This document shows positions 21,990 to 34,359 of a DNA stretch of 64,000 nt, piece by piece (the stretch's first letter is position 1; every line of letters starts with the position of its first letter). The notes under the pieces are model-generated. The model did no database searches. It was not told where the DNA came from and saw only the letters and a list, made by a program, of their open reading frames with translations. The position numbers and the translations under genes were made by a program. This DNA comes from Macrostomum lignano (Eukaryota). The stretch is from NCBI GenBank assembly GCA_002269645.1, contig NIVC01002298.1:1-64000 (forward strand), given 5' to 3'.

Positions 21990-24900
21990 AGTAGTGAGGC
22001 TGGCTCCTCCCGTGGCGGGACCTCTGCCTATGTGGAAACTCCCACGGCCGCGGAGGGATCCAAAGCGGGGGGCGCTGGCCAAACCACTAAGCCGAAGCGC
22101 ACTTATGCGGCTATGGTCAAGAGACAGCCGGACCTGATCATCCAAGGCCAGAAGATGCCTCTTACGACCGAACAGCTCGACCAAACCTGAAGCAGGTTGG
22201 AATCCCACCTGGTCAGGATGGCCTTGAGCGGTACTTAAGAAGTCCTAAAGTCGAGGACCACGCCTCTACAGGTAGGACGAGCGACCCCGGACACACCGGC
22301 ACCGTGCCTGGATCCCGGCTCGCAGCTCCATCACCAAGGCCGACGAGCTGCGTCGCCTGCTAGTGGCTACCAACCCGGAGCTGCCGGCCAATGGCGTCGT
22401 AGTTCACGAGACCATCTCCAAGCCGGGCGGAGACGGTTTCACGACTATTCTCGGACTGTCGGATAGCTGGATGCTCCGCTACCCGGACATGTCCCTTATC
22501 CCTGTTGTGATAAATAGGCAATTAGATAAATAGCATGCACGGTGAGCAATTACGCTCGTATTTAGGCCCTAGACAAACCTACTTGGAGCGTCAGAGGTTT
22601 TAAAGCTATTGATCCTAATCGCCTATCGCCGGTCGGCGAGTTCTACCAGTCTTCTCCAATAGCCACAGGTACAGTACAAGAAAAGAAAAGAACACGAGGG
22701 AACACGAACCGAAAGATTTAGAGAGTGATAATCCTGTAAGAATAGCTAATAAGCAATTGACTTGACGGTTTAATTTGACACATTCAATAGTTACAAGATT
22801 CAAATTCAAAGCGGCGCAGATAACTAGAGTTGACAAAACGACGATAACGGTTAATAATAATAATTAGATTACGCAACTGGCAAGCAGATCTCAGCTGAGA
22901 AGAAGAGGAAGAGGAACCGAACACGACCACGGAGAAGACTCCTAACCCCTGGCCTAAACCAGAACCTACTCTCAAACGAGAGCCCTGCCGAATTGATCGT
23001 TCAACGGAGCACTGACTAAGTTCTATCAGCGCTGCCCTTCAGTGTGACACTGAGGCCCTCGGGGTCGAGGCCGCGTACTTGATCAGATCCGACAGTCTCT
23101 ACCTAAACCGCGCTTGACAGCGACGACGTCAGACAAGGATGCCGAATCGTTACGCTACAAGACTGAAGCGGTTGGGCGGGGAACAAAGTATGGACCGGGG
23201 GTGACGAAATCAAAACGCCTCAAAGCGCGAACCAAAGGGAAACAGGCCACCGGCCGGGAAGCTGGAACACAAATCAAAACCGGGGACGGAGCAGGAAAGA
23301 GAAGGCGAGATCTGATTGCCAAACACACTTTCATATATAGTCAGAGTCACAACCCCCCAAAACCCCCTCAAGCCGGGCGGTGGTCGTCTGTCCGGCCGCT
23401 TGCTTAAGCCGAATTGCACTGTGCCCGCGGCGCCGGGTAGAACTGGAACTTGCCGCGTGCCAGGGTCCAGGCCGGTTCTGATTGGCTGACCGTGCAAATC
23501 TGGGGTTCGCAGAAAAAAACTCAACCCTCCGCTGAGTCGCAATTGGCGTCTGACTTCTAACCTGTTTACAAATTTAGATTTTAACTAACAAGAAAAAGTA
23601 CATCAAAAACGCATGACTAAACTAAAGCAAAATAATAATTCAATAACAATATAGAAACTAATACAATCAATTAACTAACAAAATACACGCAAAAGATGCT
23701 CACACTACACTGTCGGGCTGATGCAGATTCAAATCTTCAGCTTTGAGTCTGACACCACCCGCCCACCGCCCCCGCAGAAGCGTAAGCGGGCGAGCTGGGG
23801 CCTTGCCTGGCGGAGACGCCCAGGAAAAGAAGCTCCCGTTTGTCACGACCCCTCCGAGGACGTGGACCCCGTCAGGGGAAGCCTCGAAAGCTGCAGCAAC
23901 AGGCGGACGTGGAAAGGGCCGGAAACCCGCCCGGAACACTATCCGCTCTGGTCTGACTCAGCGCACGAAGCAGCTGCTGGACACCGCCAAGGCCCACAAC
24001 CGCAGCAACCCCCAGCCCAGTGTCACCACTGCGGCCCCCAGGAAAACCTGACCAAGAGTGAGAATGCCGCCCAGGTGGCGGCCCCGCGCTCGACCATGGA
24101 GACCATCAGGGAGGGAGGAGCCCATGGAACTGGATTCTGGAGCCATCGGCAAGGCAGAAGAGGCAGCCCTCCTGCACAAAGCGCCCTGAGCCGGCAGGAA
24201 ACTGCGCGGACCACTCGTGAAATCCCAGGAGTGGACATCCTGCAGCTTAACATGCACTACTGCATTGCGTGATGCCCCAACCTGATGCGGGTGGCAAACT
24301 ACGTGAAACCGGGCATCATCCTACTTCAGGAGCCCTGGACGAAGAAAGGTTAGATTCCGAATAATCCTGCTGGTTTTGACTGTTTTCAGGACCCCCAAAA
24401 CCCCAGAGCAGCCATTTTCGTGTCTACCCATCTCGCAGCTTGGCACAGATCAAACCTCTCTGACAGAGACCTCTGTGTCATTCAGTCTAATCACATCACC
24501 AACCGCACGGTCATCATCGCCTCGATCTATATCCCTGGCGATGGCCCCGCGGTTCCACCCAACCCTCACCTCCCTCGTGGACTACTGCTCTAACCGTAGG
24601 TTTGAGCTGCTTATGGCGGGCGACGTCAACGCCCCACAACATCCACTGGGGCAGTAATACCTCCTACAGCAGAGGCGGAGGAACTTCTTGCTTACATCTG
24701 CACTACCAACGCTGAGTTTTGCAACACTGGTGGAACCCCCACCTTCGACAACGGGCGATGGACGGAGGATCACGACGGTAACCCTCGTCTCCCATGGTTT
24801 GGCTTCTCTGGTCAAGGACTGGGAGATGTGGGACGAAGAGGAGTCTGTCTGACCACCGCTTCGTTCGTTTTCGATTGCAATCCTCTTGCCTCAAACCTGT

Positions 24901-25030
24901 GGAAAAGGAACGTCTGGAACACTGACTAGACGGCTTTCGCAAAAACCCTGAAATGCTAGACAGATCAGCTGTCCACCGCCGCTCCAACCACCTTGCAGAC
25001 TTGCTCAACCGTCCTGACAGCCCACTCCTG
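21990..25030 (+). mobile_element. Degenerate 5' half of a LOA-type LINE (ORF1 + APE endonuclease), interrupted by a solo LTR
   Basis: ORF1-like KRTYAAMVK, LRRLLVATNPEL, PMELDSG..EEAALL. APE motifs ILQLNMH, LLQEPW, RAAIF, IASIYIP, AGDVNA, TPTFDNG, SLSDHR. Many stops and frameshifts; boundaries approximate. Confidence 0.8.
22506..23709 (-). mobile_element. 1204-bp solo LTR (TG...CA) nested in LINE ORF1
   Basis: TSD ctgt at 22502-22505 and 23710-23713. Removing the insert restores the frame YPDMSLIPVGLMQIQIFSFE. CCAAT (23481-23485) and TATATATGAAAG (~23328-23339) lie on the minus strand. Confidence 0.8.
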
Positions 25031-25149
25031 TACTTTCAAGGCCTACAAAGGCAAAAAAATTCCACCCCCCTTTGTGGCACCCGGCGCTTGGATCCCAGCA
25101 GCAGCAGAGGTGAGAAACAAAAGATGCAGCCCGCAGCAACTGTGGGGGT

Positions 25150-25445
25150 GAGAGTGAGTGAGTGAGTGAGTGAGTGAGTGAGTGAGTGAGTGAGTGAGTG
25201 AGTGTGTGAGTGATTGAGTGAGTGAGTGAGTGAGTGAGTGAGTGAGTGAGTGAGTGAGTGAGTGAGTGAGTGAGTGAGTGAGTGAGTAGTGAGTGAGTGA
25301 GTGAGTGAGTGAGTGAGAGAGTGAGTGATTGATTGATTGAGTGAGTGAGTGAGTGAGTGAGTGAGTGAGTGAGTGAGTGAGTGAGTGAGTGAGTGAGTGA
25401 GTGAGTGAGTGAGTGAGTGAGTGAGTGAGTGAGTGAGTGAGGGAG
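25150..25445. repeat. (GAGT)n microsatellite
   Basis: Direct. Confidence 0.97.
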
Positions 25446-25724
25446 TGATTTTGCCAATGTTGGTGGTTTTTGCTACCAGACACCCCGAGGAGAATCATTG
25501 AATATCTCGACGATGCCGATTTTTCGTGATTATCGAAGTTGCTTCATCGAATAGAGCAGAAAATTTTAGCCCGTGTTCTGGATTTTCATTGCGATTACAA
25601 GTGGTTGAATATTTTTGGAGATCCAGACAAAGTAAAAATGTGTGCATTTGAAACACACCCCCATGGTCTTTCTACTGTTAAAGCCTTCACTTCACCATTC
25701 TATACACTTCTATGGCCTACTGCA

Positions 25725-26070
25725 GGGGGGGGGTCGTAGCCCAGCGGTAGCGCGCAGCACTCGATTCCAAGTGCAGTCATTAATTTGGGGCTGAATTGGA
25801 ATCTCGGCTTGGCTCTGCTCGTGCAATTAACGGCCTTGAGAGCCAACCTCCCAAGGCACAGTGAAGTGTACATGCCTAACGATAAAATAAAGTTAGGGCC
25901 GCTGTACACTCCTGTGAGTGTGCGCCTGTGCGTTTGACTGCGTACGTATCCGCTTGTATGCCTGCTCAGGGGAGTCGGCGGAATGGGCAGTAATGTCTCT
26001 CGCCGGTTGTGTGCCTATGTCGCTTAAAGTCCGCCAGGGTGCACACAACCCCCCTGCCTCTAATAAAAAA
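25725..26070 (+). mobile_element. Full-length tRNA-derived SINE (346 bp)
   Basis: A-box TAGCCCAGCGG at 25737-25747, degenerate B-box ~25795, A-rich tail, perfect 13-bp TSD atggcctactgca (25712-25724, 26071-26083). Confidence 0.88.
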
Positions 26071-26196
26071 ATGGCCTACTGCAAGTAGCAAGTAAAGCTT
26101 TCAAATTTTGTTTAGCTCACGGATGTTAAGCTTGTTGCAACCAGATTGAAGATTGGAGAGACTCACGGGAGTTAGGAGACTCCTTGAGTTCGCGAA

Positions 26197-26298
26197 AAAG
26201 GCAAGGGAAGGGACTACTTGCCTTCCCTTGCCTTTCCTGGTTTGGACTCTAACCCCCAGACCACAACCCCCATTGTGGTCTGGGGGTTAGAGTCCAAA
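26197..26298. other. Two adjacent perfect inverted repeats (15-bp stem/9-nt loop; 26-bp stem/6-nt loop)
   Basis: 26197-26211 pairs with 26221-26235; 26241-26266 pairs with 26273-26298. Confidence 0.9.
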
Positions 26299-26966
26299 AA
26301 CCTTCACTCATTTTGGCACTCATTTTGGCGCCTCAGCCACATTTTGTACTTGGCTCTTGAGGCAATACAGCTTGCTGACCCCGGATTTAATCAATATCAA
26401 ACAATATGCTGAGATTGGGTGAGTTCGGCAGCTCCAGATTCCAGCTCACAAGATCTCCATGGCCCAGCCCTTTGCAGTTTATTATTGCAGGGGTTTAGAA
26501 CGGGGGCTGCCCACCTCACTGGCAACAAAGCCAACTGGAGGGGGGGGGCAGGCATTCATTCGAAGCTCTGATTGTCCAACAGAAATCTGATGCTTGCGCC
26601 CGCCCGCCCGCCTTCCTGCTGTCTCTCTCTGTCTGCCCAAAAAGAACTTTGCTGGATTGTTTTTTAAGCAGATGCTCCTCTCTCTCTCTTAACCCCCCCC
26701 CCAGTGTGCAGCCCATATACAATGGAGACTGCACAAAGCAGTTATGACTGCACAAATTCTACCTATTTATGCTAAAAAGCGGCAGAAGAGGCTCGAAAGC
26801 AGTCAAAGAAGGTTTTCGAGTCAGAAGACAAGAACTTACGCTGGGGGAAGGATCCGGCACCAATGCATGATTAAGTGCACTCAAACTGATCTTGCAATGA
26901 GACCTTAGAAAAGCTTCTCAGCTGCTGAAATATTCTCCCTTGATTGATTTTCCCGCAAATTTCGAA

Positions 26967-27090
26967 ATGTCTTCGGGTCAGGATGACGGCTCCGGCTGCC
27001 CCGGACACGACGAGGGCAACTGCCATCTGGACGACTTCTTTGCTCAGGCCTTCAAGTCTTTCGAGGCGGAGGCGAACGCGACGGCCTCAG
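26967..27090 (+). CDS. DOCK-like gene, putative exon 1
   Basis: ATG 26967, g|gtatgg donor, phase 1 matches the next exon; no family motif in this exon. Confidence 0.55.
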
Positions 27091-27103
27091 GTATGGGAGA
27101 GTT

Positions 27104-27209
27104 AATTAGTTAGTTAGTTATTTAGTTAGTTAGTTAGTTATTTAGTTATTTAGTTATTTAGTTATTTAGTTAGTTATTTAGTTATTTAGTTATTTAGTTA
27201 TTTAGTTAT

Positions 27210-27240
<31 letters not shown>

Positions 27241-27399
27241 TTTTAGTTATTTAGTTATTTAGTTAGTTAGTTAGTTAGTTAGTTATTTTAGTTATTTAGT
27301 TAGTTAGTTATTTAGTTAGTTAGTTAGTTATTTAGTTATTTAGTTATTTAGTTATTTAGTTAGTTATTTAGTTATTTAGTTATTTAGTTATTTAGTTAT

Positions 27400-27430
<31 letters not shown>

Positions 27431-27760
27431 TTTTAGTTATTTAGTTATTTAGTTAGTTAGTTAGTTAGTTAGTTATTTTAGTTATTTAGTTAGTTAGTTA
27501 TTTAGGTATTTAGTTATTTAGTTATTTAGTTAGTTAGTTAGTTATTTTAGTTATTTAGTTATTTAGCTAGTTAGTTAGTTAGTTAGTTATTTAGTTAGTT
27601 AGTTAGTTAGTTATTTTAGTTATTTAGTTAGTTAGTTATTTAGTTAGTTAGTGAGTTAGTTAGTTAGTAAGTGAGTTAGTTAGTTAGTTAGTTAGTTAGC
27701 TAGTTAGTTAGTTATTTAGTTAGTTAGTTAGTTAGTTAGTTATTTTAGTTATTTAGTTAT

Positions 27761-27791
<31 letters not shown>

Positions 27792-27902
27792 TTTTAGTTA
27801 TTTAGTTAGTTAGTTATTTAGTTAGTTAGTTAGTTAGTTATTTAATTATTTAGTTATTTAGTTAGTTAGTTAGTTAGTTAGTTATTTTAGTTATTTAGTT
27901 AT

Positions 27903-27933
<31 letters not shown>

Positions 27934-28207
27934 TTTTAGTTATTTAGTTAGTTAGTTATTTAGTTAGTTAGTTAGTTAGTTATTTAATTATTTAGTTATT
28001 TAGTTAGTTAGTTAGTTATTTAGTTATTTAGGTATTTAGTTATTTAGTTAGTTAGTTAGTTAGTTAGTTATTTAGTTAGTTAGTTAGTTATTTAGTTATT
28101 TAGTTATTTAGTTATTTAGTTAGTTATTTAGGTATTTAGTTATTTTGTTTGTTAGTTAGTTAGTTAGTTAGTTAGTTATTTTGTTAGTTAGTTAGTTATT
28201 TAGTTAT

Positions 28208-28246
<39 letters not shown>

Positions 28247-28247
28247 T

Positions 28248-28284
<37 letters not shown>

Positions 28285-28289
28285 GAGTG

Positions 28290-28338
<49 letters not shown>

Positions 28339-28370
28339 TTTAGTTAGTTATTTAGGTATTTAGTTATTTT

Positions 28371-28402
<32 letters not shown>

Positions 28403-28427
28403 TTTAGTTATTTAGGTATTTAGTTAT

Positions 28428-28474
<47 letters not shown>

Positions 28475-28475
28475 T

Positions 28476-28524
<49 letters not shown>

Positions 28525-28529
28525 GAGTG

Positions 28530-28590
<61 letters not shown>

Positions 28591-28630
28591 ATTAGTTAGT
28601 TAGTTAGTTAGTTAGTTAGTTGGTTGGTTT

Positions 28631-28676
<46 letters not shown>

Positions 28677-28932
28677 CAGTCAGTCAGTCAGTCAGGCAGT
28701 CAGGCAGTCAGTCAGTCAGGCAGTCAGTCAGTCAATCAGTCAGGCAGTCAGTCAGTCAGGCAGGCAGTCAGTCAGTCAGGCAGGCAGTCAGTCAGTCAGT
28801 TAGTCAGTCAGTCAGTCAGTCAGTCAGTTAGTCAGTCAGTCAGTCAGTCAGTTAGTCAGTCAGTCAGTCAGGCAGGCAGTCAGTCAGTCAGTTAGTCAGT
28901 CAGTCAGTCAGTCAGGCAGGCAGTCAGTCAGT
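27104..28932. repeat. Intron 1 compound microsatellite (TTAG/TTAT)n grading into (CAGT/CAGG)n
   Basis: Direct. Confidence 0.97.
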
Positions 28933-28956
28933 CCCTCACGCCCCCCCGTCACGCAG

Positions 28957-29215
28957 GTGCCGCATCACCCCAGTCCCCGCCGGGACCTGCAGGCGGGCCA
29001 GCCGTAGACGAGGAGCCGGCGGCCCTGCTGGTGAGGCTGGTGGGCCTGGACTGCCCCAACTGCCCGGACCCGCTGGAGCTCACACTGACGCTGTGCACCG
29101 AGTCCGCCACCGGCTGCAGCATTGAGTCCGAGTGGGAGCCGCTGACGCTGCTCTGCGACCCAGCCTTGGACCTGCAGCAGCAGCAGCAGCAGCTGGATGC
29201 ACCAGTTCTGTTTCG
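28957..29215 (+). CDS. DOCK-like exon 2
   Basis: cgcag acceptor, cg|gtgag donor, open frame ending PVLFR; phases consistent. Confidence 0.75.
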
Positions 29216-29331
29216 GTGAGTTTTTGAATCCTCCTAGCTCCAGGGGCGGGTCCAGGAAAAGACGCTTTGGTTCGGGGGACACCCACAAGGACTGCACTGC
29301 CAAAGACAAAGCTCTGCCTACTGGCTCTAAC

Positions 29332-29640
29332 CACAGATACCCCCAGACACCCTAGACACCCCAGACACCCTCCAGACACCCCCAGACACCACAGACACCT
29401 AAAAATCCTCCCAGACACCCCAGGCACTCTTCAGACACCCCAGACACCCAGACACCACAGACACCACAGACACCCCAGACACCCCCAGACACCACAGACA
29501 CCTAAAAATCCTCCCAGACACCCAGGCACTCTTCAGACACCCCAGACACCCAGACACCTCAGACACCCCACGCATCCTCCAGACACCCCTAGACACCCCA
29601 GACACCACATAAACACCAGACATCCCAGAAATTCCAGAAC
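29332..29640. repeat. Intron 2 degenerate cagacacc repeat
   Basis: Direct. Confidence 0.85.
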
Positions 29641-29772
29641 CTCGGACAGCGTCAAAAAGGAGACACCGCAAATACGGGCAATTAGTGCAGCAGTGTACAT
29701 GTATCAAATGAGCCCACAGTGCTTGAACCCTTTTCAAAAGGCGCGCCACACCCACCCCATCCTCTCCCGCAG

Positions 29773-30334
29773 CGAGGTAGGCGGGTCGCTGGCCGCCACC
29801 TCATCGATGCACATCCGCATGGACCGCCGCGGCCGCCTCCCCAGCCCGCGCCTCAGCCTGGGCGGTGCGCTTCGAGGCGGCGGTGGCGGCGGTGGCGTCA
29901 ACGGAGGCGCCGGCAGCGGCAGCTTCGTGCTGCGCCCGTTCGGCCAGGGCTTCGCCGATGTCGGCCGGGCTGCCACCGCAGGCGAGGTGCTCAGCGTGCG
30001 GATCGGCCTGATTGGAGACACCGGCGACAGCGGCGGCAGCGGCGGCAACACTGTAGGAGGCTCGGTCAGCAGCCGGATGTCCCGGGCGGCGTCCGTAGCT
30101 TTCGACTCGCCGCAGCGACCGTCCGCAGCGGGCTCGGTGCTCGGCCAGCTGAAGCTGCACGCCCGGATTGTCGTCGGAGCCGCCGCCATCGCCGCCGCCG
30201 CCAACTCGGCGCTGCTGGCGTCCCGGCCGACCAGCCAGCGCGGCCTCGGGCGGGCCGACCGCGATGAAGCCTACCTGTGGCTGCAGCGCGGCGAGTTCGG
30301 GATCAAGGATCCCAATGTGGAGATCAAAGCTCAG
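29773..30334 (+). CDS. DOCK-like exon 3 (start of DHR-1/C2)
   Basis: LRPFGQGFADV (cf. DOCK1-5 RRPFGVAVMD) and LWLQRGEFGIKDPNVEIKAQ. Confidence 0.85.
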
Positions 30335-30554
30335 GTGAGCTGAAGCTGACTTTTCTGTGCGATCCGCTGACCTTGCTGCATGCTGCATCAGTCCTGCTAA
30401 AAAGCCTCTGAAAAGACTGCAGGGGACTCCGGGCATCCCGGATACAGCTGGGGTGGCGATGACCTCCCATTCCTCTGGTGCTGCGGTGTCGCGCAGGGAG
30501 ATCCGGTGGCGCCGGTGTCCGCAGCGCCCCCCCCCTTCTGGAGTGTCCAGGAGG

Positions 30555-30795
30555 TGGATTTTTTATTAGAGTCAAGGAGCTGTATTCACTCTGGCGCACT
30601 TTAAGCGACATTGTCACACAACCGGCGAGAGGCATTACTGCCAATTCCGCCGACTCGCCTGAGCAGGCACACAAGCGCGCGGATACGTACGCAGTCATAC
30701 GCACAGGCACACACTCACACAGGAGTGTACAGCGGCCCTAACTTTATTTATCATTAGGCATGTACACTTCACTGCGCCTTGGGGGTTGGCCCTCG
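30555..30795 (-). mobile_element. 5'-truncated copy of the 25725 SINE
   Basis: Reverse complement matches ~25840-26070, including the ctctaataaaaaa tail. Confidence 0.9.
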
Positions 30796-30809
30796 TAGGA
30801 ACTACTGTG

Positions 30810-31160
30810 GTCAGCTGATCTGTCTGGCATTTCAGGGTTTCTGTGAAAGCCGTCCAGTCAGTGTTCCAGACGTTCTTTTTCCACAGGATGTTAGGCTTGG
30901 GGCAAGAGGATTGCAACCGGAAACGAACGAAGCGGTGGTCAGACAGACTCCTCTTTGTCCCACACCTCCCAGTCCTTGACCAGAGTGAGACGAGGGTTAC
31001 ATCGAGGGCCTCCGTCCATCGCCCGTTGTCGAAGGTGGGGGTTCCACCAATGTTGCAAAACTCAGCACTAGTGATGCAGATGTAAGCAAGGAGTTCCTCG
31101 CCTCTGCTGTTGGAGGTATTACTGCCCCAGTGGATGTGTTGGGCATCGAGGCAGTGATGA
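30810..31160 (-). mobile_element. LOA LINE APE fragment directly fused to the SINE body
   Basis: HWGSNTSNSRGEELLAYI...TPTFDNGRW...LDVTLVS...SLSDHRF; closely similar to 24630-24970. Confidence 0.88.
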
Positions 31161-31189
31161 TTGTGCGGTTGTTGATAATAGATACCTTC

Positions 31190-32045
31190 CTGCACCCTCC
31201 AACACCTTCCAATACCCTCCAGTGTCCTCCATACCCTCCAACACCTCCAATACCCTCCAGTGTCCTCCATACCCTCCAACACCCTCCAATACCCTCCAGT
31301 GTCCTCCATACCCTCCAACACCCTCCAATACCCTCCAGTGTCCTCCATACCCTCCAACACCCTCCAATACCCTCCAGTGTCCTCCATACCCTCCAACACC
31401 CTCCAATACCCTCCAGTGTCCTCCATACCCTCCAACACCCTCCAATACCCTCCAATACCCTCTAATACCCTCCAACACCCTCCAATACCTCCAATACCCT
31501 CCAACACCCTCCAATACCCTCCAGTGTCCTCCATACCCTCCAACACCCTCCAATACCCTCCAGTGTCCTCCATACCCTCCAACACCCTCCAATACCCTCC
31601 AGTGTCCTCCATACCCTCCAACACCCTCCAATACCCTCCAGTGTCCTCCATACCCTCCAACACCCTCCAATACCCTCCAGTGTCCTCCATACCCTCCAAC
31701 ACCCTCCAATACCCTCCAATACCCTCTAATACCCTCCAACACCCTCCAATACCTCCAATACCCTCCAACACCCTCCAATACCCTCCAGTGTCCTCCATAC
31801 CCTCCAACACCCTCCAATACCCTCCAGTGTCCTCCATACCCTCCAACACCCTCCAATACCCTCCAGTGTCCTCCATACCCTCCAACACCCTCCAATACCC
31901 TCCAGTGTCCTCCATACCCTCCAACACCCTCCAATACCCTCCAATACCCTCTAATACCCTCCAACACCCTCCAATACCTCCAATACCCTCCAATTCCCTC
32001 CAATACCCTCCAATACCCTCCAATACCCTCCAATACCCTTCAATA
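31190..32045. repeat. Intron 3 39-bp minisatellite built of ataccctcca-like subunits, with higher-order blocks
   Basis: Direct. Confidence 0.95.
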
Positions 32046-32077
32046 CGCTCCAAAACCCTCCGTCCCGCCCTCCACAG

Positions 32078-32956
32078 GTGGTGGACTCCGCCGGCTCGCC
32101 TGTGCCCGCAGCTCTGGCCAATCTGGAAGCCGCCCTGAGCGGCCGCGGCGGCCCCCGGCCAGGTGAGCAGCAGTTCCGCAGCCGGGTGCTGCACCACCAG
32201 GCCAGGCCGGTGTGGAATCAGATCGTCCGCCTCGACCTCAGCCGCCTGCTGCTCAACGCTGAGTACCAGGTGGCTCTGGAGGCCTGGCACCGCTCCAGCA
32301 TGTCGCAGCGCGGCGAACGTCGCCTCGGCTTCGCCCGCCTGCCGCTGGTGGCCGTGGAGCGCGGCGTGGCCTGCCTCAGTCCGGCCGGCAGCCGCATCGT
32401 CGTCTTCCACGACTCGGAGGACGCCGCCGTCGCGGCCGTCGCGGCCACTTCGCCGACTTCCACGGACAGCCGGTCGAATTTGAGCAGCCTGGACGACAGG
32501 GCGAGCAGCGGTGAAGCCGGAGATGCAGTCGATGGCCGGGCGAGGCGGCCGGTCAGCAACCGAATCACCGTCATTCTGGACTTCTGCACCGGCCGCCGAT
32601 CCACCAGCTGGCGCCTGGCCAGCCTCCTGCTGCCGCTGCCTCATCAGCGCTCGCCGCACAGACCGGCGGAGCTCCGGCTGGACACGGAGGATCAGCGCGA
32701 CCTGCTGGCGTGCTTCCACCGCCTGCTGGCCAGCCTGCTGCCGCGCCTGTGCGCCCAGGAGTCCAGCGTCAGCGACCCCGCCTTCGCCAGCCTCGTCCGC
32801 CTGCTGGCTCTGGCGGCCAAGCAGCCGCAGCAGGAGGCCGCCAGGATTGCCGCCTGCGTGGCGGAGACGCAGATGCCCGTCGGGCTGCACCGGGTGCTGC
32901 TGCGGCAGCTCGCCACCGAGGTGCACCGCGACTTCCGTCTGGCCACGGGGTCTCAG
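32078..32956 (+). CDS. DOCK-like exon 4 (DHR-1 core)
   Basis: QFRSRVLHHQARPVWNQIVRLDL, AWHRSS, LGFARLPL; cag/gtgag sites, phase 0. Confidence 0.88.
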
Positions 32957-33019
32957 GTGAGCGGCATCAGGTGATCCGGATCCCTAAATACGGATTCTAA
33001 GTCTTAGCTATCTAACCCA

Positions 33020-33635
33020 GTCCCCACCTACAGATCCTAATCCACATCTACAGATCCCAATCCTCATCTACAGATCCCAACCCCCATCTACAGATCCCAA
33101 TCCCCATCTACAGATCCCAATTCCCATCTACAGATCCCAATTCCCATCTAAAGATCCCAATTCCCATCTACAGATCCCAATTCCCATCTACAGATCCCAA
33201 TCTCCATCTACAGATCTCAATCCACATCTGCAGATCCCAATCCTCATCTACAGATCCCAATCCCCATCTACAGATCCCAATCCCCATCTACAGATCCCAA
33301 TTCCCATCTACAGATCCCAATTCCCATCTACAGATCCCAATTCCCATCTACAGATCCCAATTCCCATCTAAAGATCCCAATTCCCATCTACAGATCCCAA
33401 TTCCCATCTACAGATCCCAATCCTCATCTACAGATCCCAATCCCCATCTACAGATCCCAATCCCCATCTACAGATCCCAATTCCCATCTACAGATCCCAA
33501 TTCCCATCTACAGATCCCAATCTCCATCTACAGATCTCAATCCACATCTGCAGATCCCAATCCACATCTACAGATCCCAATCTCCATCTACAGATCTCAA
33601 TCCACATCTGCAGATCCCAATCCCCATCTACAAAT
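33020..33635. repeat. Intron 4 20-bp minisatellite (cagatcccaattcccatcta)
   Basis: Direct. Confidence 0.95.
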
Positions 33636-33781
33636 GTTCACATCCCACCCAAAAGCCCAAATCGCATCCCAGAGAAATAGATTTCACACCCTAATCCCAG
33701 ATATCCCAATCCAAACCCCACAGATCCCAGATCACAATCTCATAGACTCTCATGTACATCTCAACTCCCCTGTCGCCGCAG

Positions 33782-34201
33782 GCGGTGATGCGCGACCTGT
33801 ACGACAGCGTGCGGCCCATCCTGCGCCTGGTGGCCGCGTCCGCCAGTCGCGAGGGCCAGCAGCGCTCCGAGGTGGTGCAGCCGGAGTTCGAATTCCTGTT
33901 CCGCGCATTACGCGAGCACCCGATCCGCCCGGACAACGAGCTGCAGTGCAAATTCGCCTCCATGCTGGTCACGGACTGCCTGCCGCTGCTGGTGGCCGCG
34001 GCGGAGCCCCGCTGGCTGTGGCAGCAGCTGCGGCGGCTGCTGACGGACCTTCGGGCAGGTCAGAACGGCCGCCTGCCGCTGGGGCTGCTGCGGTTCACCC
34101 ACCTGGTGGAGATCGACGAGTTCTGGCAGTGGCCGGACACCCGGCTGCAGCTGGCCGAGGCCGCGGCTGACCACGCCATCGAGGTCCTGATCGCGCAGAA
34201 G
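33782..34201 (+). CDS. DOCK-like exon 5 (armadillo-type region)
   Basis: Acceptor at 33781; 140 open codons; the donor gtcaag is weak, so the end is tentative. Confidence 0.75.
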
Positions 34202-34359
34202 GTCAAGATTGAGGAACAGGCGAGTTGCGCGCTTGCTTTGGGGATTTTTCGGGAAAAGGGAGATGGGATGAAATGACCTGCTGCTGTTGTGGGACATGTG
34301 GATAAAATGCGGATGGGATATTCTAGAGAATGACGATCACATTAAGCGTGAAATATTTT

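Noticed and set aside
25725-25810. tRNA gene
   Set aside because: No complete cloverleaf and a degenerate B-box; it is the SINE head, within a TSD.
27104-28672. Telomere-like repeat
   Set aside because: The unit is TTAG/TTAT, not TTAGGG/TTAGG, and it is intronic.
30695-32926. 743-aa minus-strand ORF
   Set aside because: Composite of the DOCK exon 4 antisense, a stop-free minisatellite and a LINE fragment.
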